This document shows positions 56,412-64,000 of a stretch of DNA of 64,000 nt, piece after piece. Position 1 is the stretch's first letter, and every line of letters starts with the position of its first letter. The notes beneath the pieces were generated by a model. It was given only the letters and a program-made list of their open reading frames with translations, had not been told where the DNA came from and made no database searches. This DNA is from Candidatus Omnitrophota bacterium (lineage in GTDB: Bacteria > Omnitrophota > Gorgyraeia > Duberdicusellales > 4484-171), in contig JAIPHA010000001.1 of assembly GCA_021735445.1 (NCBI GenBank), forward strand, positions 24,396-88,395, written 5' to 3'. The position numbers were made by a program, and so were the translations under genes.

Positions 56412-59150
56412 ATGGAACTTAAAGATAAAAGAACAGAGAAAGAAAGCAGTTTTAAACCGGCTTTTATTCAGATAGACTTTCAGATTACCGCTAAATGCAA
56501 CGCTAAATGTATGTTTTGCCAGTGTTGGCGGGATAGCGCTAATCTTGGCGCTAAGGATTTACCGGGAGAAAAATGGATAGAGTCTGCTCAAAAGTTAAAA
56601 GATTTTACTAATCTGGATTTGGTTTGCATTGGGGGCGGCGAACCCTTGCTTTATCCGCATCTTTTTCAGGTGTTAAAGGGGCTGCGCCGCCTGGAAATAC
56701 CTTCTGTGGTAGTCACCAACGGGAGCCTCTTTTCAGAGGAGAATTGCAAAAAAATTATTGATTCAGGGGTAGGGCATATTGATTTTTCTCTGGATTCTTT
56801 TTCTGAGAAGCATAACCGGATGCGTGGATTTCCCGGATTGTTTGAAAAGTGCTGTGAAGCGATGGATACTTTAAAAAGAATTTCTCCCAAGATAAGCCTG
56901 GGGGTATCTACTTTAATTTGCGGGGAAAATATTTCTGAATTACCTGAGTTTACTGAATGGAGTTTAGGCAATTTACCGATTGATGCTATCAATTTTCAGG
57001 CTTACAACCAGGTCGTGGATTATTCCGGCAATAATTGGTGGGAAAAATCACTTTTATGGCCAAAGAATAGAGAAACCGTAATTAGAGTAATGGATTGTCT
57101 GATAAAAAAAGGAGAAGAAGGAGCAAGGATAGCCAATAATCCCATTCAGCTGGAGAAATTTAAAAGGTATTTTCTAAATCCGGAAAGTAAACTTAATATA
57201 AAATGCCCGGCCGGAGCTTTTAATTTTTCTGTTAGCCATCAGGGTAATATAATCGGATGTATCGCAGAATCGCCGCTGGGAAATATTAAAGAGAGTAATC
57301 CTGTCGATGTATACAAGCAAAAATTCGGCAATATTAGGCAGAAAGCCAGCCAGTGCAAGGAAAACTGCCATTTTTTAATTAACTGTTATTTTCCTCTTCA
57401 TTGGAAGCGCTGGAATAGTATAGTCAAAGATATGGTAAAAGAAGGCGAGGAGGATTATAAGCCGGGTAAGGTGATTTTGCCTCCGGAGATAAAAGAAATT
57501 ACTTCTGTCCCGGTTGAGGGGTATCCGGATTTAATCAATCATAAAGACTATAGCCATTTGGATTCAATCGGAAAATATAAAGATAGCTTTGAAAACAGAA
57601 AGATGCCCTGTACTCCGGAAGGTTTGCCCCAAATTTACCTTTGCGGGGATAGTTCGGAGGTTCACCGCTGGGGAGTGGATTTAGAAGAAAATGATTTTTT
57701 TAAGCAGTTAGATAAGCTTAAACAGTTATCCCGAGAGAAGTTGGTATATCATACGGTAGTTGGAGTAAGGAGGACGAATTTTTACCGTTTAGGGAAAATA
57801 TATAATTTGATAAGAAGAGTGAAGGAAGAAAAGGAAGTTGATTTTCCCAAGTTCAACATTAAACCGTTTAAAGACGTAAAAGAACGGTTTTACCGGTATT
57901 TAACTGTGATAAATAGCTTTACAAAGAAAGAGGGAGTAGAATTCAGGATAACAGACAAGCGGTTGGATCAATTGTTAGGCATTATTGAAGAAAGCCAAAA
58001 ACAAAAAGGTTTAGAAGAAAATGATTTTTGGCGCGCTTTGGGCCCGGTATGCAAGGATGCGTTTATTGGACCGCGTTTTATTTTGCTTGATTTAGCCGGC
58101 CGTTGCAACCTTGATTGCGTCTATTGTAGAAGATTCTCTCCTTGGAATAAAGAATATTGGCGGAAGCAGCATCCGGAGCTTTCCGGGTTTATAGATTTTG
58201 AGGTTGTTAAAAATGTGCTTTTAGACGCTAAGGAGATGGGGGTAGAAACAGTGCTTTTGGTAGGAGGCGGAGAGCCGACTCTTCATCCTAAATTTAAAGA
58301 AATAATTGAGCTTATCAGCAAATTGGGAATGAAGTTTAATTTTTCCACCAACGGAGTTTTGCTGGGTTTATATAATAATTATTTAGTAGACGGCCATTGT
58401 GACAGCGTTACCGTTAGCCTTTCTTTTGCCAGCAAAAAATCATTTTCTTCTATCCGTCCGACTTCTAATAGCAAGGTTATGAAAAATATAGAAAAAAATG
58501 TAAAAAAATTAGCAAAATTAAAGGCGAGCCGAAAAGCTGCCTATCCCGGGATTATTGCTTTGTATGCTATTTGTAAATATAATTATAAAGAGATTTTAAA
58601 GATGGTAGCTCAGGCAAAAAAAATAGGCGCAGATACGATATGGTTTCAGTTGACTCATTTAGAAGATTTCAGCCGGGACAAGCTTTATATTGAAGCTAAG
58701 GAGATGGAAAAGGTAAAAGAGTTATTGAGCCGGGCAAAAGCTCTTGCTCAGAAAAAAGGATTGTCTTTTAATTCGTTTATCGAATTTGAGATGAATCATT
58801 ATGACCAAAAACGGGGCGATTGGTCTAAGAAGGGATTGTTGAAGCAAGGCTGTTTTGTCGGCTGGCATTTTTCTTTTATTCATCTAAGGCAGGAAGTTTT
58901 TATGTGCTGCGGGGCCAAAACCGTGGGTATTTTAGATAAAGGAGGAAGAGGCTTTAAAGACCTTTGGTTTTCCGATGCATATCGCCGCTACCGCAATGAC
59001 GGCCTTATAATGCATAGAGAAAATCCTCTTACCATCTATGGTAAACCTTTGTATGAAAAATATTGTGATTCCTGTGACAACCATGACCAAAATACGAAAA
59101 TGTTAAAGTTGATAAAAAAATATAAGTTAGCTGAATTTGTGCAGCGGTGA
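56412..59150 (+). CDS. double radical SAM fusion protein (912 aa)
   Basis: Unit 1 has CNAKCMFC with GGGEPLL and a CPAG...GCIA...CKENCH cluster. Unit 2 has CNLDCVYC with GGGEPTL and GCFVGW...MCCG...CDSCDNHD. A strong SD (AAGAGGAG) precedes the gene. Confidence 0.75.
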   Translation: MELKDKRTEKESSFKPAFIQIDFQITAKCNAKCMFCQCWRDSANLGAKDLPGEKWIESAQKLKDFTNLDLVCIGGGEPLLYPHLFQVLKGLRRLEIPSVVVTNGSLFSEENCKKIIDSGVGHIDFSLDSFSEKHNRMRGFPGLFEKCCEAMDTLKRISPKISLGVSTLICGENISELPEFTEWSLGNLPIDAINFQAYNQVVDYSGNNWWEKSLLWPKNRETVIRVMDCLIKKGEEGARIANNPIQLEKFKRYFLNPESKLNIKCPAGAFNFSVSHQGNIIGCIAESPLGNIKESNPVDVYKQKFGNIRQKASQCKENCHFLINCYFPLHWKRWNSIVKDMVKEGEEDYKPGKVILPPEIKEITSVPVEGYPDLINHKDYSHLDSIGKYKDSFENRKMPCTPEGLPQIYLCGDSSEVHRWGVDLEENDFFKQLDKLKQLSREKLVYHTVVGVRRTNFYRLGKIYNLIRRVKEEKEVDFPKFNIKPFKDVKERFYRYLTVINSFTKKEGVEFRITDKRLDQLLGIIEESQKQKGLEENDFWRALGPVCKDAFIGPRFILLDLAGRCNLDCVYCRRFSPWNKEYWRKQHPELSGFIDFEVVKNVLLDAKEMGVETVLLVGGGEPTLHPKFKEIIELISKLGMKFNFSTNGVLLGLYNNYLVDGHCDSVTVSLSFASKKSFSSIRPTSNSKVMKNIEKNVKKLAKLKASRKAAYPGIIALYAICKYNYKEILKMVAQAKKIGADTIWFQLTHLEDFSRDKLYIEAKEMEKVKELLSRAKALAQKKGLSFNSFIEFEMNHYDQKRGDWSKKGLLKQGCFVGWHFSFIHLRQEVFMCCGAKTVGILDKGGRGFKDLWFSDAYRRYRNDGLIMHRENPLTIYGKPLYEKYCDSCDNHDQNTKMLKLIKKYKLAEFVQR

Positions 59151-59159
59151 TAAACAATT

Positions 59160-60617
59160 ATGGCAGTTAACAATGATCCAGCTAGAAAAGTTTTGATAGC
59201 GGTATGCCCGATGTGGGACATAAGATGGCCGCCTCTGGGGTTAAGCTATTTGGCTTCTTATCTTGAGAGCCAGGGTATTGCCGTTGATATTTTAGATATA
59301 AATATAGATGTTTATTCAAATTCGTCCACCGAGCGAAAAGAACTTTGGAGGATGGAGAGTTATAATCATTGGTTTTTTGAAGATAAATTCGAACGATTGG
59401 CTTTTCAGGATCAGATAGACCAATATGCGCAAAACATTTTAGATAAGGGTTATCAAGTAGTAGGTTTTTCTTTATATGCGGCTAATATTTTATTTTCGGT
59501 TAAACTGGCTACTATTTTAAAAAAAGCAAACCCCGAGCTATTCATTATCTTCGGCGGGCCGGCTTGCTGGTTCCTTCACGACCATCCTAAGATGCCTATC
59601 CAATATATGGTTTCACCTAAAACCAGCGAATCCTTCATTGAACCCGGCGTGGTAGATGTTTTTGTAAGAGGAGAAGGGGAAGAGGCGGCTAAAAGGGTAA
59701 TACTATCACATTTTAATAGTTATAAAGACAAGGTTCCCGGCACAGTAGTTTATTCGCAAGGAAGATATATTATCCAGGAGCCGCCGCAGCGGATAAATGA
59801 CTTAGATAAATTACCCTATCCGGATTGGGAAAGGGTTTCCCTGGACCTCTACCGGGAAGAGATAGGGGTGCCGATATTATTTAGCAGGGGGTGTGTTAAC
59901 AGATGCGCTTTTTGTATTGATTGGAAAATCTGGCAGAAAAAATACCGGGTTAGGTCCGCCGAAAATATTTTTCAGGAAATGAGGGAAGTAGTAGAAAAAT
60001 ATAAGGTGAATGTATTTGTATCCAATGATTTATTGTTTAACGCAAGATTAGATGTATTGGAAGATTTAGCCGGCTTTATTATAAATTCGGGATTAAAGAT
60101 ATCCTGGAATGTCCAGGGGTTGATAAGGGCGGACATGGGGTTTCCTTTATTAAGAAAAATGCGGGTAAGCGGCCTTGAGAGGGTGACTTATGGAGTTGAG
60201 AGTTTATCTGACAAAGTGCTTAAAGATATGGGGAAGCCGTATAATTTTTCCGATATTCAAAAGGTATTAAGAAACAGCAAAAAAGCCGGAATTGTTACCG
60301 CTTTTAACCTTATTGTGGGTTTTCCGACAGAAAGTGAAAAGGATTTTATCCAAACAAAAGAAAGGCTGGCTTTGATAAAAGATGATGTTGACATGATAGC
60401 CGGATTACAGGGTTGCGGCTTAAAAGACGGTTCTGATATATATATGCATCCTGAAAAATATTCTATTTTACCGGAGCTAAAAAATGATTTTTGGAAAAGC
60501 CTGAGAGGGAATAATAATTTAGAAGTCAGACAAAGAAGGATTAATGAGTTGTCTGATTTTGCTCAAAAATTAGGTTTAAAGATTGAATTTAAAGGGATTC
60601 CCGCTCCAAGCAGTTAA
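59160..60617 (+). CDS. B12-binding-domain radical SAM protein
   Basis: N-terminal KVLIAVCPMWD...LGLSYL...VVGFSL (B12-binding-like), then FSRGCVNRCAFC. Confidence 0.7.
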   Translation: MAVNNDPARKVLIAVCPMWDIRWPPLGLSYLASYLESQGIAVDILDINIDVYSNSSTERKELWRMESYNHWFFEDKFERLAFQDQIDQYAQNILDKGYQVVGFSLYAANILFSVKLATILKKANPELFIIFGGPACWFLHDHPKMPIQYMVSPKTSESFIEPGVVDVFVRGEGEEAAKRVILSHFNSYKDKVPGTVVYSQGRYIIQEPPQRINDLDKLPYPDWERVSLDLYREEIGVPILFSRGCVNRCAFCIDWKIWQKKYRVRSAENIFQEMREVVEKYKVNVFVSNDLLFNARLDVLEDLAGFIINSGLKISWNVQGLIRADMGFPLLRKMRVSGLERVTYGVESLSDKVLKDMGKPYNFSDIQKVLRNSKKAGIVTAFNLIVGFPTESEKDFIQTKERLALIKDDVDMIAGLQGCGLKDGSDIYMHPEKYSILPELKNDFWKSLRGNNNLEVRQRRINELSDFAQKLGLKIEFKGIPAPSS

Positions 60618-60629
60618 AATGGTTTATCT

Positions 60630-63600
60630 ATGAAAACAGAAAAAAAATCTTTTCCCAGATATTTATCTATTCAAACCACTTCTTTATGTAATGCTTCTTG
60701 CCTGTTTTGCCCTTACGATGAGGTGAAGAGTTTATTCCCGGCTAAAGTTATGGAGCCCGGCCTCTATAAAAAAATAATAGATGAATCGAGCGAGCATAAG
60801 GAAATAGAAAGAATTATACTGTATATGAACAACGAGCCTTTAACTGATCCGGATATTATAGGAAGGATTAATTATGCAAAAGAAAAGTTGCCTGGGGCAA
60901 GCGTGCATCTTTTGACTAACGGAACGTTGCTTGATGAGAGGATGGCGGATCAGCTTATAAAATCCCGGCTGGATTGGCTGGGGATTAGCTTTCATGGAAT
61001 AAGGAAAGAAACAATTGAAAAAACAATGGGGATTTCTTATGATTTAGCCTTTAGCCGGATTAATAAATTTATCGAAAAGGTTAAAAAAAGTAAAAAATTA
61101 AAAGAATACTTGATGGTTACTTTGATAAAGCATAAATATTTAAGCGAAGAGGAAAAAAATCAGGCGATAAAATTTTGGAAAAGGAAGGGAATAGAAAGAA
61201 TATCTTATTTTAAAAGGCCAATTTCGCGGGCAGGCAACATTAAGAGGTTACCTAAAGTATACAACCAAGGCAAGATTACCGGTTGTAAATCTATCTGGGC
61301 CGATGAAATGCTGCATGTTGTAGAAGACGGGAAAGTGGTTTTGTGTTGTATGGACTGGAAGAGGGAAGTTGTTTTGGGAGACCTTAACAATCAGACGGTT
61401 AAAGAAGTATGGCAGGGCAGAAGAAAAAAAACATGGGAGATGATTCAGAGGCAAAGCCAAATGCCGGCTGACTTTTTGTGCAGGAGGTGCGAGGAAGCGG
61501 TTGTTGAGGAGCCGGCAAATGTTTTACTGGTGAACCTTCCTCCCTGGGGTGTAGATAACCCACCTTTGGCGGTAGCTTGCCTGGGTGGCTATCTCCAGGC
61601 AAAAAATATCGAAGTTGATATTTTCGATATGAATATAGAACTTTTCAATAATAGCCCTGCCAAAGATAGGCATCTTTGGAGCATGAACTATTCTCATCTT
61701 TGGCGGCAGAAAAAAGATTATGAAAAGATACGGAGATTGCTGGATAGCCAAATTAATTATTTAATTGAAAAAGTTATAAATTCTGATAAAAAAATAGTTG
61801 GTTTTTCTCTGCCGACTAATTGCTCGCTTTTTATCCTGAGAGAGATAACAGAAAAGCTTAAAAATAGCGGCAGCAAAAAGATAATTATTGCCGGGGGAGG
61901 GTCGGTTTCGATAAAAGAACAAAGAGAAGAACTACACCATATAGCCGGACAATTTATAGATTACTATGTTGCCGGTGAAGGAGAGGAGGTTCTTTATAAA
62001 ATTATTGAATGCCTGAATCAAAAAAACCCAGCTGGTATAGAAAGTTTAGAGGGGGTATTTACAAAAGGAAAAAATAAGGAGTCCGGCTTAGCCCAGATAA
62101 AGGATTTAAATTCTTTGCCTTATCCTTCTTTTGATAAGTTGGATTTAAAAAATTACCAAGCGCCGGAAAGTTTGCCGATGGAGTTTTCCCGGGGGTGTGT
62201 GGGCAGGTGTACTTATTGCGCTTTTAAAACGGTTTCGCCTCTTTTTAGAATAAAATCAGCTTCTTACTTATTTCATCAAATCAGGTCTCACCAGCAAAAA
62301 TACGGAATGAAGCATGTGAGTTTTTCTGATGCTGCGATTAATGGTAATCCGGCTGTTTTAGGGGAGTTGTGCGATTTGTTAATTAAAGAAAAAGTAGAGG
62401 TGAAGATGTCGGCTTTGGCGATCCCCCGCCCAGAGATGACTTTGGTTTTTTTAAAAAAAATGGGCCGGGCCGGATTTTACCGCCTGGAGTATGGAGCAGA
62501 AAGCGGCTCCGATAAAGTTTTAGGCCTTATGCGCAAAATTTTTACGGTTAAGTCCGCCCAACAGGTAATAGAAGATTCGTCGAAGGCGGGAATCAAAGTT
62601 TACCTTTATTTTATTGTAGGGTATCCGGGCGAATCAAAAGAAGACTTTTTAAAGACTAAAAAATTTTTGAAAAAAGTTGCTCCTTTTGTAACTATGATTA
62701 AATCAATCAACCCTCTTTTTGTTATGGCCGGTTCGGAGTTATCTTGTTTGCCTGAAAAATACGGCATTAATTTCGGCGAAAAAAACCGGGATATTAATTG
62801 GTTTACCAAGGATAATACTATTGATATCAGGAAAAGACGGGTTGAGGAGTTAAAGAATTATGCAAGGCAAATAAGAATCCCTTTTACCGAAGAAGGTGAG
62901 CATTTGGAATTTACCGGATTTTTTCCTGCAAAAAGGTGTGAAATTTTATTTCTTAACTTACCTCCCTGGGCTCAGGATAATCCTCATATCGGGGTAGGAT
63001 ACCTTTGTTCATATTTGCGTAAGCGGGGTGTTTTTCCTAGGGTGATTGACTTAAACAAGAGGTTTTTTCTAAATTATCCCGAATATAAAATGCTCTGGCA
63101 TGTGGAAAATAAAAATTTCTGGTCTAATCCAGACACTTATCCTTTAGTTGCGGATATATTTAAAGAGGGGATGAATCAGGCTATCTCTGAGGTTGTTAAG
63201 GTAAATCCCCTATTGGTAGGAATTTCTGTGGTGGACCCTAAGGAAAGGTTGGCTATAGATTTTATTAAACGGATAAAAAGGCGGCTTCCGGACAGTAAAA
63301 TAATATTGGGCGGGCCGGCTGTTTCTACCGCCAAGCAACGACAAATTTTTTTAGATCAAGCCGGCAGAGATATTGATTTGTTTGTTATCGGAGAAGGGGA
63401 AGAACGGTGCTATACAGCTGTAAACAGAGCAAAAGAGAAAAAAAGTTTAGCGAAAATAAACGGAACTATAGTTAAGACAGCAGACGGCTGGGAAGAAACT
63501 TTTCTTAAACCAAGCAAAACTATCGCGCAGATTCCGTTTCCTACTTACCAAGAGTTTGATATGGAAAGTTACGGAAAATCTCTCTTGGTAGAGTGGTCAA

Positions 63601-64000
63601 GGGGCTGCCATAACCGTTGTTCATTTTGTAAAAATTGGCGCCTTTTTCCTTTTTACCGGCCTAAGGCGCCGGAGAAAGTCCTGGATGAGTTAAAATACCA
63701 GATTAATATCTACGGGATAAGAAAATTTACGGTAGTGGATTCTATCTTAAATGGAGACCCTGATAAGCTTTATCAAGTTTGTTCTTTGATTATTGATAAT
63801 GATTTGGATATAGATTGGAGTGGCCAGATAGCGCCCAGTGAAAAAATGAGTTATAGCTTTTTTAAACATATGCGTCAGTCTGGGTGCCGGCAGCTACAGA
63901 TTGGGGTTGAAAGCGCAGATAACAGAGTGTTAAAAAAGATGCGTAAAAGTTATACGGCCGAAATGAGCCAAAAGGCGGTACGAAACGCCAAAAGAGCGGG
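60630..64000 (+). CDS. multi-domain radical SAM fusion, 3'-truncated by the window end (more than 1123 aa)
   Basis: Absent from the ORF track because it has no in-window stop. My codon-by-codon translation from the ATG at 60630 finds no stop through 64000. Rounded to codon boundaries, domain 1 is about 60630-61515, domain 2 about 61516-62943 and domain 3 about 62944 to beyond 64000. Domain 1 carries CNASCLFC with a C-terminal CC...CRRC cluster. Domain 2 has a B12-binding-like N-terminus followed by FSRGCVGRCTYC. Domain 3 has a second B12-binding-like N-terminus followed by WSRGCHNRCSFC. Confidence 0.7.
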   Translation, partial: MKTEKKSFPRYLSIQTTSLCNASCLFCPYDEVKSLFPAKVMEPGLYKKIIDESSEHKEIERIILYMNNEPLTDPDIIGRINYAKEKLPGASVHLLTNGTLLDERMADQLIKSRLDWLGISFHGIRKETIEKTMGISYDLAFSRINKFIEKVKKSKKLKEYLMVTLIKHKYLSEEEKNQAIKFWKRKGIERISYFKRPISRAGNIKRLPKVYNQGKITGCKSIWADEMLHVVEDGKVVLCCMDWKREVVLGDLNNQTVKEVWQGRRKKTWEMIQRQSQMPADFLCRRCEEAVVEEPANVLLVNLPPWGVDNPPLAVACLGGYLQAKNIEVDIFDMNIELFNNSPAKDRHLWSMNYSHLWRQKKDYEKIRRLLDSQINYLIEKVINSDKKIVGFSLPTNCSLFILREITEKLKNSGSKKIIIAGGGSVSIKEQREELHHIAGQFIDYYVAGEGEEVLYKIIECLNQKNPAGIESLEGVFTKGKNKESGLAQIKDLNSLPYPSFDKLDLKNYQAPESLPMEFSRGCVGRCTYCAFKTVSPLFRIKSASYLFHQIRSHQQKYGMKHVSFSDAAINGNPAVLGELCDLLIKEKVEVKMSALAIPRPEMTLVFLKKMGRAGFYRLEYGAESGSDKVLGLMRKIFTVKSAQQVIEDSSKAGIKVYLYFIVGYPGESKEDFLKTKKFLKKVAPFVTMIKSINPLFVMAGSELSCLPEKYGINFGEKNRDINWFTKDNTIDIRKRRVEELKNYARQIRIPFTEEGEHLEFTGFFPAKRCEILFLNLPPWAQDNPHIGVGYLCSYLRKRGVFPRVIDLNKRFFLNYPEYKMLWHVENKNFWSNPDTYPLVADIFKEGMNQAISEVVKVNPLLVGISVVDPKERLAIDFIKRIKRRLPDSKIILGGPAVSTAKQRQIFLDQAGRDIDLFVIGEGEERCYTAVNRAKEKKSLAKINGTIVKTADGWEETFLKPSKTIAQIPFPTYQEFDMESYGKSLLVEWSRGCHNRCSFCKNWRLFPFYRPKAPEKVLDELKYQINIYGIRKFTVVDSILNGDPDKLYQVCSLIIDNDLDIDWSGQIAPSEKMSYSFFKHMRQSGCRQLQIGVESADNRVLKKMRKSYTAEMSQKAVRNAKRA

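Noticed and set aside
1-64000. tRNA, rRNA, riboswitch (for example cobalamin riboswitch ahead of B12-rSAM genes) or other structured RNA
   Set aside because: Coding density is near 100%, and no intergenic region is long enough (maximum about 180 bp). None shows recognisable conserved RNA motifs by eye.

Overview
This is a low-GC bacterial window of about 64 kb, probably from an uncultivated lineage. Genes are densely packed and often overlap by 4-8 nt, and almost the entire window is given over to cell-surface glycan biosynthesis and tailoring. I see no rRNA, tRNA, CRISPR array or transposase. Recognisable families fall into four groups. (1) Sugar activation and amination: a split transketolase, three DegT-type and one class-III aminotransferase, an SDR epimerase/dehydratase, a WbuC-like cupin and a methyltransferase. 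(2) Assembly and export: a GT9 fragment, four GT2, two GT4, a PglC-type priming phosphoglycosyltransferase, a Wzx-like flippase, a Wzm/Wzt-like ABC exporter, five GT-C membrane glycosyltransferases (YfhO-like and ArnT/PMT-like), and an NTP-transferase-GT2 fusion. (3) A Dlt-like acylation cassette on a lower-GC segment: MBOAT, an ICL/PEPM-family lyase, an AMP-ligase and a carrier protein. (4) An extraordinary number of radical-SAM (rSAM) enzymes, at least 20 CxxxCxxC rSAM domains, many with SPASM/twitch C-terminal Cys clusters or N-terminal B12-binding domains. Three arrangements stand out as candidate undescribed systems. First, a tandem array of paralogous rSAM-SPASM genes interleaved with three paralogous PMT/ArnT-like GT-C genes at 20.5-29.1 kb. 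Second, a Wzt-like ABC ATPase whose about 870-aa C-terminus is four tandem copies of an about 200-aa domain that recurs at the N-terminus of the downstream B12-rSAM. Third, a run of five genes at 49.8 to beyond 64.0 kb encoding 10 rSAM domains, including a 1419-aa triple rSAM-SPASM fusion with an inserted CBM-like beta-sandwich, a 912-aa double fusion, and a tri-domain fusion that runs off the window end and is absent from the supplied ORF track. Every functional call below is motif-level inference from the translations; I could not run any database search.
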